A stretch of 64,000 nt of DNA from a virus (Duplodnaviria; Caudoviricetes): positions 117,781 to 181,780 of IMG/VR virus record IMGVR_UViG_3300010163_000005. One strand, given 5' to 3'. The translations under genes were made by a program, and so were the position numbers. The notes beneath the pieces are model-generated. The model saw only the letters and a program-made list of their open reading frames with translations, searched no databases and was not told the origin of the DNA. Of the stretch, positions 9,833 to 19,172 are shown piece by piece. Position 1 is the stretch's first letter. Each line of letters opens with the position of its first letter.

Positions 9833-10612
9833 TTATTTTATGTATTTAAATAATTTTTCCGTTGTTCTACTTTTATCATTAACTTTTATACTTCTACTTA
9901 TTTCTTTTTCCCATATACATTCAAAATCATTGGGAGCAGTCAATTCACTTATAAAAACTATATTATTTTTAGAATACTCTCTCATTACTTGCCAAAATTC
10001 ATCATAGTTAAATTCTAATGAATTTTTAAATTGTTTTGTGTTATTATAGGGTGGATCACAATATATAACACAATTATGTAAATCATAATTATCTCTATAA
10101 TCTTTAACTTGAAAAATAATATCTTTTAGATTAGATGCTTGATTTAATAAATTATTTTTAGCTTCGTTATAATAATTTCTAAATCTCAATCCATTCTTTG
10201 TTTTTTCATAACCGCTTTTTGCATAACCACCATCAAAAAACCTACCATTAAAAGATGCTAAAAATCCGATATTACCTATTTCCCAATCTTCAAAAATAGG
10301 AACATCTTTTATGTTATCTTTTTTAAATTGTTCATTTTTCAAATTCATATAATAAAAACTTCTTGCTTTATCATATAATTCTTTAGGTACACTTTCATAT
10401 AAAAGTTTATCGTCTTGAACATATTGCAATAAAGCAATTAAATATTTATTTAAATCATAACCATATTTTTTATTACAATGTATTTTATCAATAACATTCG
10501 CTCCACCTACAAAAAGTTCATAATATTCTGTAATATTATTATCATCTATATATTGCTGAATAATAGGAACTATATATTTAGCAATCCTTGATTTACTACC
10601 CATATACTTCAT
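9833..10612 (-). CDS. Dam-like (D12 class) DNA adenine methyltransferase
   Basis: MKYMGSKSR, YELFVGGAN, IYCDPPY. Confidence 0.9.
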   Translation of the reverse strand: MKYMGSKSRIAKYIVPIIQQYIDDNNITEYYELFVGGANVIDKIHCNKKYGYDLNKYLIALLQYVQDDKLLYESVPKELYDKARSFYYMNLKNEQFKKDNIKDVPIFEDWEIGNIGFLASFNGRFFDGGYAKSGYEKTKNGLRFRNYYNEAKNNLLNQASNLKDIIFQVKDYRDNYDLHNCVIYCDPPYNNTKQFKNSLEFNYDEFWQVMREYSKNNIVFISELTAPNDFECIWEKEISRSIKVNDKSRTTEKLFKYIK

Positions 10613-10633
10613 ATATTAACACACTTCCTTTAT

Positions 10634-11008
10634 TTAATTAATTTTAATAAGTTCATTACTTACCCTAATCCCTTGAATTGTAAAAGTTTCTATATTATTA
10701 GAATTTTTTGTATACAAAACAATACAATCTACAACCGTATTTAAATTATCTATAGCATAATTATATAGATTTTTATTATTTATTGTTATTAATTTATTTT
10801 TAAACAAAATAACCGTTTGATGTTTTGCAGGTATTGTATCTGCAATTATAGTATTCCCTATAAGAGAATAAGAATTTTCTTCAGGTACATAATAAACTTC
10901 TTTTAATTCACATTTATCAAATAAATTTTTTTGCTCAATAATATCATTGCAGCCACATAAAAATATTGATAAAAACATTAATATAAAAATTTTTAACATA
11001 TATTTCAC
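10634..11008 (-). CDS. Putative lipoprotein
   Basis: Signal peptide with lipobox LCGC. Confidence 0.55.
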   Translation of the reverse strand: MKYMLKIFILMFLSIFLCGCNDIIEQKNLFDKCELKEVYYVPEENSYSLIGNTIIADTIPAKHQTVILFKNKLITINNKNLYNYAIDNLNTVVDCIVLYTKNSNNIETFTIQGIRVSNELIKIN

Positions 11009-11055
11009 CTTATTTAATAAGTTCTACTATTATCTATATAAAAAATAATTTTTTA

Positions 11056-11358
11056 TTAATTATTTTCTAAATCAGAAGCAATACTATTAGAAATATTCTC
11101 TAATAATTTATTTTTGTTATTAAGTTGTTTTGTTAAATCTTCAACCTCATATTCTAAATCATCTATTTGGTCTTGATAAGATTCAATTTCGGCTAATAAA
11201 TCTTCTATGCATTCTGTATCTTGTTTTTGTTCAATTATTGTGTCTCTTAATATATAGGCTAAATCTTTATTAAAATTACTTTCTATTATATTAAATATGT
11301 CCTCTATACTATCAACTATTTCATATTCGTTATTTATATAAATAATTTTTCTTTCCAT
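11056..11358 (-). CDS. Acidic coiled-coil hypothetical protein
   Basis: Heptad pattern, D/E-rich; RBS. Confidence 0.55.
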   Translation of the reverse strand: MERKIIYINNEYEIVDSIEDIFNIIESNFNKDLAYILRDTIIEQKQDTECIEDLLAEIESYQDQIDDLEYEVEDLTKQLNNKNKLLENISNSIASDLENN

Positions 11359-11373
11359 ATTTATTATCCCTTT

Positions 11374-11676
11374 CTATAATATATATTTACCTGTTTTTCG
11401 TATTGTGGGCAATAGTTCTTCCATAATCCAATAATCTATCGTTGGATAAAGAAAATACAACAATCTATAAATATCTGATTCAGGAACAAAAACTTTATCA
11501 TTATAATTTATATTATTTTTACATAATAATATAAAATTATCCTCGCAATGAAGAATATTTTTAATATCGTCAAAACAAAATAATTGTTTGCCATCTATAT
11601 TTATTGTTTGTACCTTTAATAATATCTCTTTATTAAAAAATTCAAATATATTCATTATGTAACCCTCTCTTGTCAA
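11374..11676 (-). CDS. Degenerate BRO-N domain protein
   Basis: FVPESDIYRL...WIMEELLPTIRKTGKY. Confidence 0.7.
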   Translation of the reverse strand: MTREGYIMNIFEFFNKEILLKVQTINIDGKQLFCFDDIKNILHCEDNFILLCKNNINYNDKVFVPESDIYRLLYFLYPTIDYWIMEELLPTIRKTGKYIL

Positions 11677-11962
11677 TTTTTATATTACGAAAATATATTT
11701 TAAACTATTGGTCTAAAACTAAACTTTTATTAATATAATATATAAACAATAAATTATTGTTTATATATTTTCATCAAATAAAACATTAGCAATATTTAAT
11801 AAATTATAAATAACCTATTAAATATTGCTCAATTATAACTTTTTTTAATAAACTACTTTCTTAAAAACAATGATATTTATTTTTAATCAAATCATTTTTA
11901 TGAATATTATAGTCTTTATACTATAATAAATATTTTATAAATTTCTTCCAATTATCATATTA

Positions 11963-12784
11963 CTAATTTTGTTTATTTAAAAAATTAGTAAATAAATCAA
12001 ACATTTCATTTGTTTGCTTTGTTTGTTTTTGTTCCATTAAAGGTAAAATGTTATCTTTCTTTAATGTTTCATAAATAAACAATCTACCTTTTTGTGTCCA
12101 ATATGTACAAACATTACTTTGTTTACTGCCTTGTGAATTTTTACAAACATTAGTTTTTGTACTTGTATAACCCTTACTTGCATATTGTTTATATAGTAAC
12201 CATATATTTCCTTGTTTGTATTGTATTTGTTTATCTTTTAACATTTTATTCATTTGTTGAGCTGTCATACCATAATCTTTGGCTATTATATTTATTGGTA
12301 TTAAATCTTTGCATTGTAAAACTAAATCATAATAATCAGCCTTTGGTTTCATTATTTTTATCTCTTTATTTTGTTGCTTAATTGTGTCTCTTTGTTTTTT
12401 ATTTTTAGATGTTAATGAATCAATAGTTTTATTTGCTAAAATTAAAGCCCTTGCCATAACTTTTTCAGGAGTATTCCAATCCTTTTGAACTTTAATAAAA
12501 TATTGACGTGCTTGTTTGCCTCTTTCATTACGTTGTATCATTGATAATTCCTTTGCCATATCTAATTTTATAGCGTGGTCTATTGCAGGTCTGCCACCTT
12601 TTGAGTTTTCGTCATTTTTGACGAAAACCTCTGTAAAGTCTATATTTTCAATAAAACCATATTCAATCATTCTTGAAAACCATTTTGCATATTCTGTTCC
12701 AATTCCTAAAAACTCATGTAACATTCTGCCGCTTACGATAGGTTCCTGATTATCATTTAATTCTACTTTAATTAATTCTTTCAT
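11963..12784 (-). CDS. Phage antirepressor (AntA/AntB N-terminus plus KilAC)
   Basis: VSGRMLHEFL...WF.RM.EYGF...DHAIKLDMAKELSM; KPKADYYD; WTQKGRLFIYE. Confidence 0.92.
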   Translation of the reverse strand: MKELIKVELNDNQEPIVSGRMLHEFLGIGTEYAKWFSRMIEYGFIENIDFTEVFVKNDENSKGGRPAIDHAIKLDMAKELSMIQRNERGKQARQYFIKVQKDWNTPEKVMARALILANKTIDSLTSKNKKQRDTIKQQNKEIKIMKPKADYYDLVLQCKDLIPINIIAKDYGMTAQQMNKMLKDKQIQYKQGNIWLLYKQYASKGYTSTKTNVCKNSQGSKQSNVCTYWTQKGRLFIYETLKKDNILPLMEQKQTKQTNEMFDLFTNFLNKQN

Positions 12785-12808
12785 TGTCTTTTTCCTTTCT
12801 TATAAAAA

Positions 12809-13006
12809 TTAAACATTATTGTTTATAACACTGTTGATATCTTCATCTTGTATATCTTGCAAATATTTTTTTAAAACGCTCTCTACTATTTGTTTTCGAG
12901 AGGTTCTTTTTTTAATTGCCAAAATAGCAACACTATCAAGTATATCTTTGTCAATTAATATTGTTCCTGTTCTTTTTTTGCTTACCTCCAATTTTGCTTT
13001 CGCCAT
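12809..13006 (-). CDS. Ribbon-helix-helix DNA-binding protein
   Basis: KRTGTILIDKDILD...TSRKQIVE..LKKYL, upstream of the antirepressor. Confidence 0.6.
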   Translation of the reverse strand: MAKAKLEVSKKRTGTILIDKDILDSVAILAIKKRTSRKQIVESVLKKYLQDIQDEDINSVINNNV

Positions 13007-13223
13007 AATAACAAAACTCCTTACTTATAATTTTTTATACATTAAAAACATTTTTTATATACTAACTATACATCAAATAATAATTTTATGCAACTATTTT
13101 TTTAAAAAAAATAATTTTTGTTATTTTATACAAAAATAATATATTAATTTTATATAATAATAATAAATAACTTTTACATAAATCAAAATAATAAAAATAT
13201 ATAAATAATATTTTATGTAAAAA

Positions 13224-13251
13224 TGGAGAGGGTATTTAAATACCCTCTCCC
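13224..13251 (-). terminator. Palindromic terminator
   Basis: gagagggtatttaaataccctctc perfect inverted repeat. Confidence 0.65.
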
Positions 13252-13264
13252 ACATTTTTAATAA

Positions 13265-13807
13265 TTATTTTATCTTTTTTTCTACCGTTACTATTGTATC
13301 ATTATGCCAACCACCATGAGCCACTAATAAAATTTCTTGTATTTCAAAACCATATTTCTTACCTATCCCACCGCTATTCCAACAACAACTAATTACTATG
13401 CCATCTTTTTTAACTATTCTTCCTATCTCTTTTTTTTGTTTTGTCCAATAAGAAGATTGTGTTGTTGCTTTATTTACAGTTTTATCCAGTTTTTTATAAC
13501 ATTCTACTACCTGACGTGATGAATATGGAGGATCATACAATACTAAATTTATTGAGTTATTATCAAAAGTTTTTAAAAAATCAGTAGCATCTAAATGATA
13601 GTTAGTATTATAATTTTTATCTAAATCATTAGTTATTTTTGCTATCTTACTGTTATTAGCAAAAGGATCAATACTAATTAAATTACCCGCTCCAAATTCA
13701 TTTATTAACATTTGATTGTATTTTTTTATTAGTTTTTCTATGGGTTTTATGCTAAATGTATTTTTATTTGGCATACTCCAAACCCTATTAATCTTCATTT
13801 TTATCAC
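13265..13807 (-). CDS. Small phage adenine-specific DNA methyltransferase
   Basis: RVWSMPNKNTF, IDPFAN, VLYDPPYS.RQ, HGGWHNDTI. Confidence 0.85.
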   Translation of the reverse strand: MIKMKINRVWSMPNKNTFSIKPIEKLIKKYNQMLINEFGAGNLISIDPFANNSKIAKITNDLDKNYNTNYHLDATDFLKTFDNNSINLVLYDPPYSSRQVVECYKKLDKTVNKATTQSSYWTKQKKEIGRIVKKDGIVISCCWNSGGIGKKYGFEIQEILLVAHGGWHNDTIVTVEKKIK

Positions 13808-13836
13808 CTATTTTTAAAAAATATTTTTTTAATTAT

Positions 13837-14496
13837 TTACTTTTTATAAGATATAAATTGGACAATAATTTGTTTTATAACGTTAAATATTTCTTCTTTT
13901 GTTTTAAAAATACCATTATTAGAACATTCTATTACATTCCATTCTTTTAATTTAGCTACAAACATACCCACTAAATGTATTCTTTTTAAATATTCTATAT
14001 CTTTTTCAATTATATCTTTCTTTAATCCTCGTGCATTAATTGATTTAATAGATAAATCTACTGGTAAATTGAGATATATAGTACAATCTGGTATAGGTAA
14101 TTTTAATGTTTTGTATAATTCATCTAATTTTATTAAAAAGTCTATTTTTTTATCTTCAATTGGTAATTTTGCAGTCTGATATATCATACTACTACCTATG
14201 TATCTATCAAATATTATAAAATCTATTTTTTCATAATCAGCACTATTTTTTATTTTATTAAACCAATTATATATGTCATATACAAAGAATGTTGCCACAA
14301 TATATTGATTGTCTATATCATATTCTCCATTCAAATATTTTCTAACAAATATAGAACTTTCATTATTATAATTTGGAAATGACATTCTTAATACATTATA
14401 TCCTTTATTTTTTAAATATTCTTCTAATAATTTAGAATTAGTTTCTTTAAACGCTCCATCTATACCCTCTATTTGTATTATTTTTGGTTTATTCAT
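13837..14496 (-). CDS. tmk: Thymidylate (dTMP)/dNMP kinase
   Basis: IEGIDGAFKET variant P-loop, SFPNY, IFDRY..S.M.YQ, LPIPD. Confidence 0.8.
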   Translation of the reverse strand: MNKPKIIQIEGIDGAFKETNSKLLEEYLKNKGYNVLRMSFPNYNNESSIFVRKYLNGEYDIDNQYIVATFFVYDIYNWFNKIKNSADYEKIDFIIFDRYIGSSMIYQTAKLPIEDKKIDFLIKLDELYKTLKLPIPDCTIYLNLPVDLSIKSINARGLKKDIIEKDIEYLKRIHLVGMFVAKLKEWNVIECSNNGIFKTKEEIFNVIKQIIVQFISYKK

Positions 14497-14577
14497 TTGC
14501 CTTATATTCCTTTCTATAGATAGTATTCTAAGTTTATATAATACATAATAATATTTATATATTAATAAGTCAACAAA

Positions 14578-15465
14578 TTAATAATTAGTTATTAAAATTT
14601 CCACATCTTTACTTTTATCTTTTTTCTGATAGTTACAATTACTATAATTATTGTCCAAATAATAAACATTATATTTATTTTTCCATTTATCTAAAATAAC
14701 ATTATTGTATTTTAAATTATTAGATAATGCAAATTTAATATTTTTATCATTTAATTTATCCAATATAATTAATAACATTTTTTCATCCTGTTCGCTCCAC
14801 ATTTTGTTATATGTTGCTATTGAATTTAAATATGGTGGATCGCAATAAACAAAATCATTTTTATCTAAATTTGAAAAATCATATTTATCATAACTACAAG
14901 AGGTAAAAGCACAATTTTGTTCCTTCAACTTATCTATAAAATTAGATAATTTTTGTTGTATGTTGCTATTAAAATCTCTTTTACCAACAGGCATATTAAA
15001 TCGACCTTTATTATTAAACCTTATTTGGTTATTAAACGCATAAATAAGAAGAACATAAAATTTTAAATAATATTTATAATCATATATCTTTTGATTATTA
15101 ATCCATTCTCTTAATTTCAAGTAATATTCCTTATTATAACTTCCTACTCCTTTATCACTGGTACATTTATAATAATCATATCCTTTTATATCTGTACGAG
15201 ATAACATATATTCATTAATTATTTGAAATATATTATCAAAAATATCCTGTTTATCATACTTTTTAAAAGCATCAAAAATACCTATTATTTTACTCTCTAT
15301 ATCATTATAAATTATTTTTATAGCATTTATATTAATACCGACATTACCACCACCACTAAATAAATCTATAAAATTTTTTATATTGTTTGGCAATAAAGGT
15401 ATTATTTGATTTAATAATTTATATTTTCCACCAACATAATTTAATGGTGATTTTATGTATTTCAT
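14578..15465 (-). CDS. Dam-like (D12 class) DNA adenine methyltransferase
   Basis: KSPLNYVGGKYKL, FIDLFSGG, NQIRFN..G.FN.P.G, VYCDPPY; start at MKYIKS with AAGGAG RBS. Confidence 0.9.
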   Translation of the reverse strand: MKYIKSPLNYVGGKYKLLNQIIPLLPNNIKNFIDLFSGGGNVGININAIKIIYNDIESKIIGIFDAFKKYDKQDIFDNIFQIINEYMLSRTDIKGYDYYKCTSDKGVGSYNKEYYLKLREWINNQKIYDYKYYLKFYVLLIYAFNNQIRFNNKGRFNMPVGKRDFNSNIQQKLSNFIDKLKEQNCAFTSCSYDKYDFSNLDKNDFVYCDPPYLNSIATYNKMWSEQDEKMLLIILDKLNDKNIKFALSNNLKYNNVILDKWKNKYNVYYLDNNYSNCNYQKKDKSKDVEILITNY

Positions 15466-15482
15466 TAATACAACTCCTTTTT

Positions 15483-16334
15483 CTAAATATTTAGAATATT
15501 TAACCATTCTTCTTTTTTAATTTCAGTATTTCCACTTATACCACCTTTTGTACTGCTAATTTTTAATTGTATCGCTTTATTTGTTATTTGCTTTTTCTCT
15601 GATATAAAAATCGGACTTGTTGTTATTTTTAATAATTCATTTATAAAATTAAATATATCAAAACTATCCTTATATTTAGTTGTATTCATATAAGGCGGAT
15701 CAATATAAATAATATTATTACCATTTTTTAATTGTTTATTGTTTAAAATTTTATATATATCTGTATGGTAACATTTTATGCCTTTTAACTTATTTGCTAT
15801 ATAAATTACTCTTTGTTCTAAAACATCTATCATTGGCTGCATAGGATTAACCACACTCTTACGTTTACTTGTTTTAGTAGGTTGCCAATAACTTCTAAAT
15901 GATGTATTTTTCCAAACACCATTATCATTATAAACTTGTTTACCACCAAATGCAGAAGCTTGTAATAGAATATAATAATATTCTTCATCTATATTAGCGT
16001 TCTGTTTAGATATTTGTTTCATATAATTCTGTATTTTACTTTTATCTCTTGGAACTTGCTTTGATATATCTAAAAATTTATTTATATTAAAAAATCCATC
16101 TCCTATACTTTTATAAAACAAACCAAACGAGCCTTTATCTAACATAATAATATTAGGAATATCAATTCCTCTATTAATTAAATTAAGCGTAATTGTTCCT
16201 GAACCACAACATAAATCATAAAACATAGTATCTTTTGTTATATTAACATTATTAAATATGTAATCTATAATTTGTTTTACTACGGCTTGTTTGCCGCCCT
16301 GATATGAACAAGGAGGAATTAATTCAATATTCAT
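15483..16334 (-). CDS. DNA adenine methyltransferase (D12-like)
   Basis: PPCSYQGGKQ, FYDLCCGSG, IYIDPPY. Confidence 0.85.
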   Translation of the reverse strand: MNIELIPPCSYQGGKQAVVKQIIDYIFNNVNITKDTMFYDLCCGSGTITLNLINRGIDIPNIIMLDKGSFGLFYKSIGDGFFNINKFLDISKQVPRDKSKIQNYMKQISKQNANIDEEYYYILLQASAFGGKQVYNDNGVWKNTSFRSYWQPTKTSKRKSVVNPMQPMIDVLEQRVIYIANKLKGIKCYHTDIYKILNNKQLKNGNNIIYIDPPYMNTTKYKDSFDIFNFINELLKITTSPIFISEKKQITNKAIQLKISSTKGGISGNTEIKKEEWLNILNI

Positions 16335-16494
16335 TCTTTTTCCTCTCTATTATTAATGAATTTTTCGAAATTGTAGTAATACAATTACAAATATTATCAT
16401 TTCTTATTTCTAAATGTTGTTTTGTTTTCTTGTTTGTATTATTTTTATATCTACCTCGTAGGCTTGCACATATAGGAAATCGTAAATCATACAT
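16324..16494 (-). CDS. Free-standing C5-MTase TRD-like mini-protein 4 (56 aa, absent from the ORF track)
   Basis: MYDLRFPICASLRGRYKNNTNKKTKQHLEIRNDNICNCITTISKNSLIIERKKNEY; AGAAGGTG RBS 6 nt upstream; stop overlaps the next start. Confidence 0.7.
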   Translation of the reverse strand: MYDLRFPICASLRGRYKNNTNKKTKQHLEIRNDNICNCITTISKNSLIIERKKNEY

Positions 16495-16590
16495 TATTAT
16501 CACCTTCTATAAACAATTTTTCTTTATATTTATAATACATAAGTTTTTTAAAAAACATATTCATTCTTAAAGCCATTAATAGTAAAATAA

Positions 16591-17499
16591 TCAGCTATGA
16601 TTATTTTGTAATCTTTCATAAGCTGTTTGACAATATTTTTCATTTATTTCAATTCCAATATATTTTCTATTTAGTTTTTTTGCTGCAACCAATGTTGAGC
16701 CACAACCACAAAAAGGATCTAATATTATCTGATTTTCTATGGTAGTTAAACTTATTAAAAACTCCATAAGTGCTATTGGCTTTTGAGTAGGATGTAAACC
16801 TCTGTCTGTCGTTTCTGTTTTACATTTAATAATATTTGAACAAACTTCTATTCCTGTATTATTCAATGGATTTTTTTTAATATATGTTTCATTGAATCCA
16901 CCAACATTATATTTAACAATATTATCAGTTAATGTGCTGCCGATTGGATATGGCTTTATAAACCATAATATTGGTTCAAATAAAGGGCGTAAATTACCTA
17001 TTTTCCAACCATTCCATTTTTTTATATTTTCATCATCACCTCTACGCTTAAAAATATTTTTTACATTTTGAGCACGATAAGCCGCTAAATCTTTTTTCCA
17101 AGCAATCATATCTTTAAAAATAAAATTTGAATCTTCCATAGCACAAATACACCTATGAGAAAATCGTCTGCCAGCAAAAATAAAACAACTTGCTCCAGGT
17201 TTTAAAACTCGAAACCATTCAGATGTCCAAGATAAACACCAATTATAATATTCAAGCGGTATTTTTTTATCAGCTTTAGACCAACCATTTAAAGGTTTTC
17301 CTCTGCTTTTAAAAACAGAAGATTTTTTTTGAGAGGGACTTGTACCAAGTAACGCTGAATTTTTATTGCTATGAATAACATCCCATGTATCTATTGATAT
17401 ACCATATGGTATATCGGAAAGTATAAGGTGAATAGAATTATCATCTATTTCTTTAATTTTTTCAATAGAATCCCCACACATTACATAATTTGTTTCCAT
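16591..17499 (-). CDS. Beta-class N6-adenine MTase, M.HindIII-like
   Basis: HLILSDIPYGI...WDVIH.N.NSAL.G.SP.Q...RGKPLNGWS.AD; HPTQKP; ILDPFCGCG; start at METNY with GAGGT RBS. Confidence 0.85.
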   Translation of the reverse strand: METNYVMCGDSIEKIKEIDDNSIHLILSDIPYGISIDTWDVIHSNKNSALLGTSPSQKKSSVFKSRGKPLNGWSKADKKIPLEYYNWCLSWTSEWFRVLKPGASCFIFAGRRFSHRCICAMEDSNFIFKDMIAWKKDLAAYRAQNVKNIFKRRGDDENIKKWNGWKIGNLRPLFEPILWFIKPYPIGSTLTDNIVKYNVGGFNETYIKKNPLNNTGIEVCSNIIKCKTETTDRGLHPTQKPIALMEFLISLTTIENQIILDPFCGCGSTLVAAKKLNRKYIGIEINEKYCQTAYERLQNNHS

Positions 17500-17527
17500 A
17501 TAAAAACCTCTTAATTTACAATAATTC

Positions 17528-17719
17528 TTAATAATCATTTTTTTCTATTATATAATTATCTTTTACTATTGTTGTTATTGTATTAATTATTCCATCATTT
17601 CTTATTGTATACTCTTTTAAGTTACATCTTCTTTCCTTAATATTTCCATTTTCATAATCTTTTCTTATTCGTTTTGCATATTCATTTCGTTGTGTTTTTA
17701 ATATATAAAACTTTTTCAT
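17528..17719 (-). CDS. Free-standing TRD-like mini-protein 3
   Basis: RNEYAKRIRKDYE.G.IKERRCN...IRNDGIINTITTIVKDNYIIE; AGGTGG RBS directly after the upstream stop. Confidence 0.7.
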   Translation of the reverse strand: MKKFYILKTQRNEYAKRIRKDYENGNIKERRCNLKEYTIRNDGIINTITTIVKDNYIIEKNDY

Positions 17720-17730
17720 ACAATCCACCT

Positions 17731-17940
17731 TTATTTATAAATTAAATATAAGCCTCCATTTCTTCCTATTCCAGAACCTTCAGCCATAATAGTTTGTATA
17801 ATACCTTTACTATCATAAATTCTATATCCTTGTTTGTAATTTCTTGAAATATTTTTTTTATTGTTTTCTTTAATTTTTATACCACCTATAAATATTAATT
17901 TATTTTTTGATTCCATATAAATAGCTGTTACCTCCTGCAT
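17731..17940 (-). CDS. Free-standing TRD-like mini-protein 2
   Basis: LIFIGGI...YKQGYRIYDSKGIIQTIMAEGSGIGRNGGLYL; start at 17940 or 17916. Confidence 0.7.
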   Translation of the reverse strand: MQEVTAIYMESKNKLIFIGGIKIKENNKKNISRNYKQGYRIYDSKGIIQTIMAEGSGIGRNGGLYLIYK

Positions 17941-18082
17941 TTCCTACTGGTTGTGATAAAAGACACATTATAATATGTTCTGATGAATAACTTCTATTAC
18001 CTTGCCTATATTGCTTACCAAAATTTTTATCTCCTATTCCACCAATTAATAAAGATTTATCTTCTGTAGTTATTGAAAATTT
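17900..18082 (-). CDS. TRD-like module 1 without a start codon, in the -1 frame of the C5-MTase
   Basis: 60 open codons: KFSITTEDKSLLIGGIGDKNFGKQYRQGNRSYSSEHIIMCLLSQPVGNAGGNSYLYGIKK; begins at the A-AAT-TTT heptamer (18076-18082). Confidence 0.65.
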   Translation of the reverse strand, partial: KFSITTEDKSLLIGGIGDKNFGKQYRQGNRSYSSEHIIMCLLSQPVGNAGGNSYLYGIKK

Positions 18083-19125
18083 TCATCATAACAAATATAA
18101 CTATTATCATATTGTGCTTTATATAAATGCTCCATTATTAACTCTATGCAATTTGTTATTATTCCGTTTCCCGCCTGTTTTGCTATGTTATTATCTGATA
18201 CACATACTTTTTTTATTTTATTATAATCTTCATTAGTTAATCCCATAAATAACAACATTTCTTTTTCTGTTAATCTTCTAACTCTAATATCATTTATATC
18301 AACCTCTTTTGCAAAATGAATATTACTTAATGTTTTTTCTGTTAAATAATATTTTTCATCTACTTCTTTTTCTAATAAATCTTCCGCTCTTAAACCATTA
18401 TCAAACGGTTTAGGAAAAGTAAATAATTTTGTATCTATATCTTTTTTTATACATACAGCAAAAACTCTTTCCCTACTTTGTGGTATACCACAATCTTTGC
18501 CATTTAATATTTTCCAATATATATTATAACCTATATTTTCTAATATGTCTAATAAATCATTAAAATCATTGATAAACTTTTTACTTACCAAAGCTTTAAC
18601 ATTTTCAAACATTAAATATTTAGGTAATTGATTATCTATTTTAGCCTGATTTAATAATCTGATACTCTCCCATAATAAACTACTTCTTGTGTTACTATCA
18701 ATGTTAAAACCTTTCATTTTACCCGCATATGATATATCAGTACACATAAATGATATAGTCCATAAATCTGCATATTTTAATTTATCAACTTTACATATAT
18801 CACCTAAATTATTAGATAATTTACAAGCTAACCAATATTTTTTTATGTCCTTACATCTGCTCCAATTAAAAGATTTTTTATTTTTAAAATTATATCCTAT
18901 GTTTTTACTTTCTAATTCTTTTATCATTTCTTCTTTTGCTGGATATTTATATTCTTCTATTAATTCATTTGTTAGATTATTATGTATAGCAGCATATGAC
19001 AAAGTAGAATCTTTGTTTATTTCAGACGTATTTACAACTTCTAAATCAAATAAATTAGTATTTAATATCCCTCTCTCTTGGCAACCTATGCCTGAAAAAA
19101 GAATGTTCGCTGTTAATTGTTCCAC
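18070..19125 (-). CDS. DNA (cytosine-5) methyltransferase with a very short variable region
   Basis: Motif I LFSGIG, motif IV SFMCTDIS (MC instead of PC), motif VI FENV, motif VIII PQSRER, motif IX RRLT.KE, motif X KQAGNGI. Confidence 0.9.
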   Translation of the reverse strand: MEQLTANILFSGIGCQERGILNTNLFDLEVVNTSEINKDSTLSYAAIHNNLTNELIEEYKYPAKEEMIKELESKNIGYNFKNKKSFNWSRCKDIKKYWLACKLSNNLGDICKVDKLKYADLWTISFMCTDISYAGKMKGFNIDSNTRSSLLWESIRLLNQAKIDNQLPKYLMFENVKALVSKKFINDFNDLLDILENIGYNIYWKILNGKDCGIPQSRERVFAVCIKKDIDTKLFTFPKPFDNGLRAEDLLEKEVDEKYYLTEKTLSNIHFAKEVDINDIRVRRLTEKEMLLFMGLTNEDYNKIKKVCVSDNNIAKQAGNGIITNCIELIMEHLYKAQYDNSYICYDENFQ

Positions 19126-19172
19126 AATATCATCTCCTTTTATAAAATATAAAAAAAATACTTATTTTTCAA

